Under the pieces are notes generated by a model that was given only the letters and a program-made list of their open reading frames with translations, was not told the DNA's origin and searched no databases. Of a stretch of DNA of 64,000 bases, positions 53,785 through 64,000 are shown piece by piece (position 1 is the stretch's first letter; the number at the start of each line of letters is the position of its first letter). A program made the translations under genes and the position numbers. Origin of the DNA: Mizuhopecten yessoensis (taxonomy: Eukaryota); assembly GCF_002113885.1 (NCBI RefSeq), contig NW_018406690.1, positions 84,520 to 148,519 of the forward strand, written 5' to 3'.

Positions 53785-54581
53785 TTTAAGGTCACCTGAA
53801 CTTTGCTCAAGTGACCTATTCTGATCGCTTTCAATTCATCATTGTGTGTAAACTTTTTTTTATTTTTGGCTTCTTCTCAAGAACCAATGAATGGGTTTCC
53901 ACCAAACTTGGTAGGGGCGATCCTTGGTAGGAAAGGATATCAAATTGAAAAGGGGAAATTACCCAATATTTGAAAAAAAATCTTCTTCTTCAGACCAGGA
54001 AGTCCTAGAATCAAATTTTCTAGATGGATGGGCATGTCTTAAAGTGCTCTATCAAAATTGTAAATTTCAATATCCCTGGGTCATTCAACCCCCCCTAGCT
54101 ATAGGGACAAAGTAACGTTTACGATAGTTTATATAGGGAAATAACACTTTTGAGTATATTTCATATATTTTCCTGTGAAAATGATTCCAACTTATTCGGA
54201 ACGATTATCATGGGATGGCAGTTTGATGGTATGAAAATTAAAACCCTGATCCCTCTCCATTGAACAGAAGGGCAGGGCTCAAAGGAGGGAAATTTGGTAA
54301 AATTTCACAAATCTTCAAGAGGCCCTAGAATAAAATTCTCTTCATGGATGGATATGTCTTAAGGTGCTCTTTCAAAATTTTAAGTTTCATAACCCCCAGG
54401 TCATTCACTCATCCCCTGGGGAAGGAGTGAAGTTTTCTGTAGTTTATATTGGGAAATAAAAGTTTTGACTATATTTCATGTATTTTTAGCTGGAAATGAT
54501 CCGAAATTGGCACAAATTTCAAAATTCTTTTTCTGCTTAATGATTCACTCAGGTGACTGTTAAGGCCCTTAGGCCTCTTGT
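53785..54581 (+). mobile_element. HINE
   Basis: 5' TTTAAGGTCACCTGA; 3' TCAGGTGACTGTTAAGGCCCTTAGGCCTCTTGT; internal repeat. Confidence 0.85.
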
Positions 54582-55363
54582 ATTTCATTGCTCCAGTATG
54601 AAAAGTTATGGTCATTGTTACCAGGTTTTGATCAAACTTCAAATATTGATTATGTCTTTGAGAAAACCTTGAATGAGCTTGTGTTTCAGGGTGCCAAGGT
54701 CTAAGAGATTATTACTATTGATAGAAGATGTTTGTTGTTTGAAAGAATATTTAGACACAGTTATGTTAATTGTCAGAGGATGAAGTTGCTAGTGTGGGTC
54801 GTAACAAGATACTGTTAATTATATGTGTATCGTTTTTAATGCTTTGTTAATTAAGCCCATTTAGGTGAAAAGAACGGACCCTTCTTTTTCTATAAGCTGG
54901 GTACTAAAGCATTACATCTTTCTGTAGGCTAAGTTTGTGGTTAGGTAGACATTCTGTATAATCATGAAGCTGTCAGATTTGATATTTATCATATAGTGTG
55001 ATAGATGATAAACAGCAAGGTAAATTTCAATAATGAGGTCAGGTGAAATTGCTGCCTGTCGGTTGACGGTGGTCTACTTTAACTGCTGATGATAGTCAGC
55101 AGGGCTACCTAATTCTTTATCAGGGTTATCAAGTTGTTGGCCAACATGTCAACAGTATTAGACTGAGGTATAATTATTCCGTCAAACTGCACAGGTGACA
55201 AGAGGCTGCGTAAGCATTGAACACAGTAATAGAATTAAGTCATGCCCTCGGATCAGAGGTCGAATAGACTTTGTGTGATGATTAACTTGGTGAATTAAAG
55301 TTCATGAACCAAGGTCGGACTGAGAGGTGTGAACCTCACTGGAATCATAAACAAACAATGTAA

Positions 55364-55580
55364 TACAAGGGTCAGAGGTCATGTAAACTTACCAGAATAC
55401 TAAGCCAGTTATATACAAGGGTCAGAGGTCATGTAAACTTACCAGAATACTAAGCCAATTACATACAAGGGTGAAAGGTCATTTAAACTTACTAAAATAG
55501 TAAGTCAATCATACACAAGGGTCAGAGGTCATGTAAACTAAATGGGATACTTGTCAATCATACATATAAAAGGTCATATG
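55364..55580. repeat. 50-bp minisatellite, ~4 copies
   Basis: TACAAGGGTCAGAGGTCATGTAAACTTACCAGAATACTAAGCCAGTTATA. Confidence 0.88.
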
Positions 55581-56139
55581 TTCTACCAGGGGCTGGGCTT
55601 GTTGATAATTATTTGTGGGAGTGATACATAGGGGACATACTTTATGTTAAATGGCTAAAACTTTTAAATTTTGGGTTTCAAGATGGCCTCTGATTAGCTG
55701 AGACAATTGTGCTTATTACTTGAGTTTTCTTGGGTAGTCGCTGATTGGTAGAGACATGTATACTTGTAGTTATAACTAAGTGATCTAAGTTTGTTGATGC
55801 ATTTGGTGGTATAATTTAACAATAACCAACTTCAAAATTTTGCGATTCAAGATGTCTGCTGAATTTGCCTCTGATTGTTTTAGCTGACTTTGTTGATTCT
55901 TTTTGGTAGTGATCTATTATGTTAAATCATGACCGACAGTTCTGGGATTCAAGATGGCTGCCTTAGCCTGTGATTGGATGATATAATTATTTTTTGAGAG
56001 GCTTTATCCATGATACTTCAGAATAGTTTGCAAACATTTATAAATGCCTTAGTTAGAGTTTAGAATGTCTTGCGACTTGATGATTGGATTCTTAATGTAG
56101 TTTTATGAAAATTTCATACCCTAGTCATCACTTCTATAT

Positions 56140-56330
56140 ACTGTAGAATCATTAATTTTGTGGGGTTAAAATTTTGTGGTTTTCATATACTAGCCTGTTT
56201 CAAAGACATTATATTTCACTGATTTTTGATTTTCTCCTATCTATATCATACCAAATTCATGTTTTCGAGGGGATTTAATTTCGTGGATAACGAAATTTAA
56301 TGTTCCACGAAAATATATGATTTTACGGTG
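56140..56330. mobile_element. Degenerate Tc1/mariner-type MITE
   Basis: TACTGTAGAATCAT ... ATGATTTTACGGT ends with internal TTTyGTGG motifs. Confidence 0.55.
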
Positions 56331-58038
56331 ACATTACAATGTATTTTTTCATTCCGATGATTTTCATGGAGGAGGGGAACAGTTAGCTTATGACTTGCAG
56401 AACTTTCTAGAAGTATGTTATAAAACAAAACAAAAAACAAGAATAAAAAAAAGGCATTGTACTTAGCCTACTGGTTCAAAGTAACCATATAGAGATTTTT
56501 AATCTACAAATAACCAGTTCGCCAGCCAGGAGTTTCCGTCTTGAGTGCATAGTTATTAACAAGTGATGATGATGATGATACACATATTTGGTATTGTGAT
56601 TTCATTTAAAGTTTACTTGACTCCATAATCATGAAATCATCACTGACGTCTTTGTGTACATCAAAGCAATACTAAGTGCAGCTAACTTTTATGGAGACTG
56701 CGTCAGGAAATATTATAGCGATCAGAAATTGGATTTTGGATGCTGGGTTATGATTGAAAGAGTTGGAGACCTATAGAATAATGGGATGACTATAAAGACA
56801 TGAAAAGCATTTGCTTAACTCATTCACCACTAGCGACACATTTGAACTCTTCCAATTCAAAGGTTGGAATAGTTCATTAAGAAATTTCAGGTGTGAATGG
56901 GTTAAATAGGGCTTCAAGTAAAGGTTGATAAATTGATGTGTTCCGACTGTGATGTCGCTTTTAAAGAGTGATGAAGCATCATTTTATTATTGCATTATAA
57001 ATATAAACCTTTGCATAGATTATAAAATGTTTATAAGGGAACTTTACTTGATAGACATGTTGATATTTTTTTCAAACTTTGCCCCAGTCATTTTATAATA
57101 TTGTATATTATACACATTGGCCTACATGCAAAAGTGTACTTAGTTTATCATGACATAGAGTATCATGACCGAGCTTACAACATATATATACATTTGAGCT
57201 CACATACTAACCCTTATTCCACTAATGTAACCTGCATAAAGTAGAGTCTCACAAAGGGCGTAAAGGTCTCGGGATTTAAGCCTCTTTAGAATTGTAAGAT
57301 ATCATGTTGATATGGTTTCACCTGCATGAATATAGTGGTATAAGTGGGCATTATGTGCGTGCCAAACAGTCCCACTGGACTATCAGCCACATACCCTGGT
57401 ATATTTGTAATATTTACATTGAATCAAGGTAATCTCGGGTGACCCTGCAAACTGAAGGCAACTTCACCCAGTTACCATTTGTAGTATGAAGATAAAGAGA
57501 GACAAACGTCACTTGTCTTTCTATACCCGACTGGACTTGGTGTTAGGGGGACTGGACACTGTGTGTATTAGGACGTGGACATCACCTGTCCTGTATTACA
57601 AGCTATAGAAGTGTATAATTAACCAGACATTTCTGTGAATGAATTTCGTATGCAGAATATATCAAACTGTTTTTTTAAATTTGAATGTAAGGAGCTTTTG
57701 AATGAAGGAGGGGTTACAAGTGTTTTATTGACAAGGTAAGTTACACAAAGATTGTTTACAAAGGATGTCAATTTGTCATATAGGTCTTCATTTAATATGC
57801 ATAGCCAAGCACCTTTTTAATTGGTTGATATGAAGATCATTAAGCAGCTTTTTAGGGACAGATTAAATTCAAGATGGCAACCTGAGTATTGCACAAATCA
57901 CCAGTATAACACATATCAAAGAAACAAGATAAGGTGTTCTTTTGTTCTTGTTTTCAAATTGCCATTTAAATCGTTACTTTTCATAATAACACATGATTGC
58001 TACATATATTTCATGTTGAAGAAATGTTTCTTTGCATA

Positions 58039-58161
58039 TGAAACAGGGGAGGAAAAATGCACAGCCTGACTGCATGGGGTCTCTGTCAAGATCTAGACAG
58101 ACACTTTACCCATCGAGCTATACCTGGTCGCGGACGATTGACCAAGTCCAGTTCCGCTACA
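58039..58161 (-). repeat. Short tRNA-like repeat with TG...CA ends
   Basis: Minus strand reads TGTAGCGG...GGTATAGCTCGATGGGTAAAGTG...CCTGTTTCA; the B box is eroded. Confidence 0.4.
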
Positions 58162-59528
58162 TATATTTAATCATATTCCATGAATTGCATCTAGTTGCAC
58201 TTCTTTGAGAATATGATTTTAGGATAATTTGTTTTATACCATCCTAAATGTTTATGGTATGCATTTGAGGATTGAAATCATTACAATCCAATCCCTAAGT
58301 AATTTTGAAAATATCAAAGAATTTTCCATTTAACTTTCTTGGTTTGTTTCTCTTGGTTCATGATACATTAGAAACAGCTATTGTTGCAGGAACAAGGTTG
58401 TATTTTCTGTGTTTACAAATGCAGTTCCTAGCTTCAGGTGCCAACTGTTGATTGGAAACATTTCAGAATTTCCGTCGAAGTTTACATTTGATGTCAAAAC
58501 GTTATTGGTCTTAAACACTGTGACAGAAAGACCCGAACAGCTTTTGATTACAAATATGTGTAAGTGTTCTTTGTGTTATATTTTGAAAACAACATTTTAA
58601 GTTGGTAAGATTATTTCCAAGTTGTTATAAGGAAATGCAAATAGATTTAGTTTTATTTCACATATTTATTAGCAAAGAACATATGGCTATACATGTTCAA
58701 TCTAACAAAAAATTCTTTGATATTTCATGTGCTAAGATTGTGCATATCAAGATTCCCCATTTTACCACTGCCAAAAACTGTAGCTTAGTGTTGGAAAGTT
58801 GTTTTTTGGCTATTTTTTTTAAGCTATTTGGTCAGCAGAAGCGTCCTGGCCAAGCTGAGCTACGGTTATAATCTTGAGGAAGTTAAGGGGAGGTAACTGT
58901 ATACAGGAAAAACACAGTGCAGTGTGATATGGGTCCTTAATTTCATGATACTGTATATTATGATATTGTGATGTGTATGTTACTTGCAATAATCCAGTGC
59001 TTAATTTAGTAATAAGCCCACCCTCTCCAGCATCAGTAAACAGGTTGCAATATCTAACCCATTCACCCCTGAAATTTCATAATGAACTATTCCAACAGTC
59101 GGGAATTGGAGGAGTTCAAATGTGTCTTCAGGGGTGAATGAGTAAATTAACAGATGATTGTCCCAAATATAACCTCTTGTAGGACTTGCTTTTCCACCTT
59201 CTTGGGTCACTGTTATTATTATTATAACATTATAAACAACCCTTCAACACAGATATGGTCATTAGGGCCAATTAAATGTCTCTGGGATATCACAAATATA
59301 GTCCCCATTGCTGTAAATAAAAGGTTGGTGTTATATTGCTCTACAGATTTCATATCTTATCCAATTGTTGGGATGTTAATTGTAATGGTATGTAGGGTCT
59401 ATCAAACATGCCATTCACATTTTGTTTTTGTGTAGGGGTGGGGTAGGGGTGAGGGCTGGTGGACACATATGTATGGATAAGCAGGGGCTATAATTAAAGT
59501 TGGCTCTTGGCTTACAGTAATATCTTCA

Positions 59529-60827
59529 TTTTTAGACCACCATCATCTGATGGTGATCTACACCCTGCGTCCGTGGTCCGTCCTTAAACAATTCTTGTTA
59601 TCGGTATTTCTGAAGAAGTGCTAGAGGGATCTTTCTCAAATTTTATACATAGATTCCCTTGGTCCTTAGCTGTGCAAGGCAACTTTTGAGACTGATCGGA
59701 TAAACAACATGGCCGACGGGCAGCCATCTTGGATTTTGATAGTGAAAGTTTGTTATCGCTATTTCTCAGGAAGTATGGTAGGGATCTTTCTCAAATTTTA
59801 TATGTAGGTTTTCCCCTTGTTGTTACAGCAGTGCCTGAAATGGACGGTCTCCCACTTGCCAATGGAGATTAAAGTCTTGCTCGGATGACCAAAAGTTGTC
59901 AAAAGTGAGGTAGTCACTGGCCCAACAAAAATAGTTTGGGTGACTGTTGAAAGATTTATGAATAAAAGAAATTATAGTTCCTTCCACATTTACTGGAGGG
60001 CAGGACATTTTTTCAGTTGTCCTTACTTCGATTTGAAACGAACTGTCTGTGATTTAGAAAATGTGACGATTTTTTTTCAGATTTTCTATATAAAATATAA
60101 ACTTGAGCCAGGATGTCTTCTTTGAGGTGCGAGTTTTGTGTATTTCTTTGGGAAACATGCATGTCAGGTTTTAACTAGGGTTGAAGAATTAAAAATATAA
60201 TGTTTTATTCTGTTTTACATATTACAATGATTGTCATGTTATATGTAATTTAAATGTGCTGAAGCATTGCGTTAAATGCTGTGGAAATATTTCTTCCCAA
60301 AATTATTTGGGCCACCAATATGTCATTTGGGATCCTTTATTGTTCACGTTTACTTTTGAAACTGATCAGTTAAACAAAATGACCTACCGGCAGCCATCTT
60401 CGACTTTTGACATTGAAGGTTCGTTAGTACTATTTCTCAGGAATAACTTGAGGGATTTTTCTCAAATTTGATATGTAGGTTCCCCTTGATCCCTCGTGTT
60501 GTGCATGTAATATTTTGAGACTGATCATGAAAAACAAAATGGCTAAAGGAAGAACTAAACAGATCTTTCTCATATTGCAATGATCGATTCTATTTCTTTC
60601 ACATTAAGTACTGTACTAGTAAATATGTGAAATGACAAACTCACTATGAAGGTTGGCTTTCATACACATCAGTATTAAGTTTAGATCAAAAGTTACCTCA
60701 AGGTGCATTTTCAGTTAACATGACTCGATCAAACAGATAGAGGAAAGAAGAGAAAAGATCGAACTGACAAAGAAGTAATGAAGATGGTACAATGGTGGGC
60801 GCCAAGATCCCTCTGGGATCTCTTGTT
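59529..60827 (+). mobile_element. HINE with internal repeats and an interrupting insert (~59820-60340)
   Basis: 5' TTTTAGACCACCAT plus GTCC microsatellite; 3' ATGGTGGGCGCCAAGATCCCTCTGGGATCTCTTGTT; recurring GGGATCTTTCTCAAATTT. Confidence 0.8.
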
Positions 60828-61754
60828 TTTCTTAAATGCTCAGAATTGAGAAAATGGTTCTGGTTCTTAATTGTCAAAGAACAATTTAAGAATTAAAAGA
60901 AGTAAATTTTTAGTGTAGGTAATTATATAATCCCTGTGATATTCATGATATATGATTCTTCATACAGTTTATGTTTTAAATAATATTGTAAATTATAAAC
61001 CTCTCGTTTGTTAATGCTCGTATTGCCATGTAAATGTAATTACCTGGTTCAAATAAAAGAAAAATTAATATTGAAATCATTATGTGCTTGAACAGTATGG
61101 ATGTATAAATCAGTCATTTATATAATTATAGAGTAAGTTCTCTACACGTTATTGGTAAAAATTACGACTTTGTGAAAATTAACCTTCCGATCACAATGTA
61201 ATTAAATGAAATTCCATAATGTATATATGATGGTCACAAATTATACGAGATAATGGTGTGCAATGATCTATCAGTTATGGGTTTGTCTGTGTATTCCGGG
61301 GCAGTGATCTGACACAGACTGCTAATCATCGTAACCTTGTACATGTGTGGTCAATTCATTGTGAATGGATAAATAGGAATTGAGGGAGATTGCCGAGCAG
61401 CAGGCTGGCTTAGTGGTGGCTGTCCAGCTATTTAGCCTTGTCACCAGCCTACGAGTTATCCAGCATGGCTTGGCATCAATACACTGACTACATTCCTTCC
61501 CCCCAAACTACACTGATGAACAGTCAATAACAGCATTTACATTATTGATTGAGAAAACAAATCTGATGCATTTTCTGGGAAACTTGGTTACTTTATTAAG
61601 CTGAAGAATGTGTGGGTAGAATTTCCTAACATCAAAAAGGTTCATCAGACAATGATGCAACGATGCTTTATTTGAAAATGATAATTTATTCAGTTAGTCA
61701 ATAACCTTATTTTATCCAATGACGCCTTAGTTTTTCTTTGATCTTTTCTTGACG

Positions 61755-63060
61755 ATATATTGCATACCGTGCGTTATTTCAGATATCACATATGTGCTAT
61801 CTGAAATATCACATGGCTTGTCTGATTGGTCCATGCCACAGTCTGGAGGCGGTGCCCATTTTAATGTGGGCGTGACAAATCAACAAAGACACGAAAAACT
61901 TTGCAAAAAAATTTAATTAAATTTAGACACCGTAAGTGTAAAAAACAGTATTTCTCTATCAAGCACCAATAATGTGTTGGTATTATATTTTTCACGCTAC
62001 GTTACACTTTTTTTGTTTTCTTGTGTTTCGGTCTTGACCTTCTTGTTCGCACTTTTCCCACACTCTAAAGCCCCGCTTATTTCCACCTGTTGCGCCTCGG
62101 ACGGTCTCTTGTAGGCACGGACAGCGGTACTGCGGTGTCCAGTCCTTTCCATAATCAACTGTTCATCAAAACCTAATGAAGGTAGAAAATAAATGGACAT
62201 TTTTATCGTGTAACGTTTAGGTTAATGTCAATGCGTATAACATTATGCGTATAACATTAAAGTCAAATTAAAAACAAATCACATAAAAATTAATATTTGT
62301 TTCATCACTACATTGTATTTAAAAAATATATATATATACACATGCATTGCGGAAAAAGTAAATACCTTATCATAAATGGGAGAATATAAACAAAATAAAT
62401 AACGCGTCTGTAATTTAACTTCAAATATCGTGTTTATGGATTATTTAGGATTTATGTTATTTATGGACATCGAAAGTTATTTTCACATACGAAAAAGAAC
62501 ATGTATTCTATTTTACAGATTATGAAAAAACATATACACACGCTAATATTTTCGCGATTCACAATTATGTTTAGACACACTTTAATTTCAGACTTACCGG
62601 CTTGGTAAAGAGATGTGGCGCATGTTCTCTTTCCGTTGTTTTTCACAATTGCATTCAGTTTATTTACTCCAATCGGCTGTGTTCCAAATTTCCAACCGGC
62701 AAGGGGTCTCATGTAAAATGGACCCTCTCCAACAGTCTGTAGATATTCTGTGTAAATATCATATAAACACCGGGGACGTCATGCCATGCCTGATCCGCCA
62801 TCATTAACACCTGAGACAGAAATGAATACTGTGGCAGGATGGGTCAGAAAGTGGCGGGAAAATATCAAAGTGATTACTTGACAGATCCTGATCAGCTGTA
62901 TAGCGCCGCCCCTTGACACGTGGGTGACAAAAACCTTGGCGGTCATTGGAATGAATACTGTGGCAGGATGGGTCAGAAAGTGGCGGGATATATCACACTC
63001 GTCCTGACGGACTCGTGTGATATATCCGATACATCACTCGTGCACATTATGTATCTATTA
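61755..63060 (-). mobile_element. Internally deleted Crypton-type (tyrosine recombinase) DNA transposon
   Basis: YR coding remnant inside; terminal hairpins at 62986-63027 and ~61779-61812. Confidence 0.8.
61997..62778 (-). pseudogene. DUF3504/Crypton tyrosine recombinase C-terminal remnant, two exons (62778-62598 and 62172-61997)
   Basis: Spliced product RPRCLYDIYTEYLQTVGEGPFYMRPL...QPIGVNKLNAIVKNNGKRTCATSLYQAGFDEQLIMERTGHRSTAVRAYKRPS. Phase-1 intron GTAAGT...CATTAG at 62597-62173. The NHS motif and the N-terminus are missing. Confidence 0.85.
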
Positions 63061-63788
63061 CCTGGCTCAATGAAAAAATCTGCTGTAACTACTAGTATAT
63101 TATAATGTAAAAATTGATTTCACCACGGAAAGCATCTTTGCTGGTGTTACATATTGGATGTATCAAATGTCATTAGATTTTTGCTGTTAAATAATATTTA
63201 TTGTTTTCTGTATCATAAGTTTCATCAGAACATAACATCTCTTTATGGCCCATAAAGAGAATCTGAAACGGAGGAGAGAAAAAAAGCTTGTTTTATAATG
63301 TTGGATAGGTGTGGAATGCTGTGTGTATCTGGTAGAGTGATCAGTGAGAGACGCCGCACTGATCACACATACCACACGCACCAGCTACACTTGCGGCTGT
63401 ATTCACTTGCTGCTGTCCTTACCTCAGTAATCCCAATCATATGAATGGAATTTACACCATCCAGGCAAATTGTGCTGCAATTTCACGGCAATGACTGAAG
63501 CAGTGTGTAGGGTCGGAGAGGCTTTTATGTTGATGAAGTAGAGTCAGACATGACAGGGATCAAAGACAATCACCAGTGACCAGGCTTCAGCATGGATGTG
63601 GAGCGACTCAGCTCGCCAGATCTGGGGATTAATATGCTGTAAACAAAGTTGATTGGAATGCTAGAAGGATCAGTGCTGAGTCAAATGTTAAGTAACATTC
63701 ACTAAAGGATGTGTAATATTCTATCTGTGTGTAGTGGTGGGATCTGAGACACAATCACCAATCTGATCCTCGGCACCACAAATTCAAT

Positions 63789-63902
63789 ATGATGCCCTTC
63801 ATGTCTTGTTTCTGTTACCGTCAGTGTAAGGGACATTCTCGCGAGTGGAGGGTGGTGCAAGGCAATGCCCAAATTGTCTATGAATCGACCGAGGATGAAC
63901 TA
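63789..63902 (+). CDS. Probable PDE7 exon: alternative first exon (ATG 63789/63801) or internal exon 63825-63902
   Basis: MMPFMSCFCYRQ-CKGHSREWRVVQGNAQIVYESTEDEL ending at a phase-0 CTA|GTAAGT donor; in-frame acceptor TCTTGTTTCTGTTACCGTCAG at 63824; unique GC-richer sequence. Confidence 0.55.
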
Positions 63903-64000
63903 GTAAGTCTGGCATTACCCTCGATAATAAATTAAATCTAAGTAACATGTGTTGAAGAAATCAGGAGTGATAATGTGTGCTGTTTTGTTGCATAATGGTA

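Noticed and set aside
61997-62778. Host ZMYM/QRICH1/KCTD1 gene
   Set aside because: Only a deleted C-terminal fragment is present, bounded by transposon-like hairpins.

Overview
AT-rich, repeat-dense eukaryotic DNA, most likely a bivalve mollusc (inferred from its HINE, CORE/V/Nin-type SINE, RTE-X-like LINE and Crypton repeats). No prokaryotic features are present. Host coding sequence is sparse. (1) An intact 176-aa single-pass membrane protein ORF (12798-13328, +) follows a splice acceptor and resembles KCNE/MinK K+ channel beta subunits. (2) The first coding exon of a PDE7-type cAMP phosphodiesterase lies at 36955-37101 (+). A probable second or alternative first exon is at 63789/63825-63902, so about 27 kb of the window is probably PDE7 intron. 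The remainder comprises two decayed LINEs, a Crypton tyrosine-recombinase remnant that still has a spliceable intron, several hairpin-headed non-autonomous elements (some sharing its terminal core), about five HINEs, SINEs, MITEs, a solo LTR inside a three-level nest, about ten minisatellites and several local duplications. Almost all other ORFs in the track are repeat artefacts. Protein and repeat-family similarities are recalled from memory and were not searched. Repeat boundaries are approximate unless stated.
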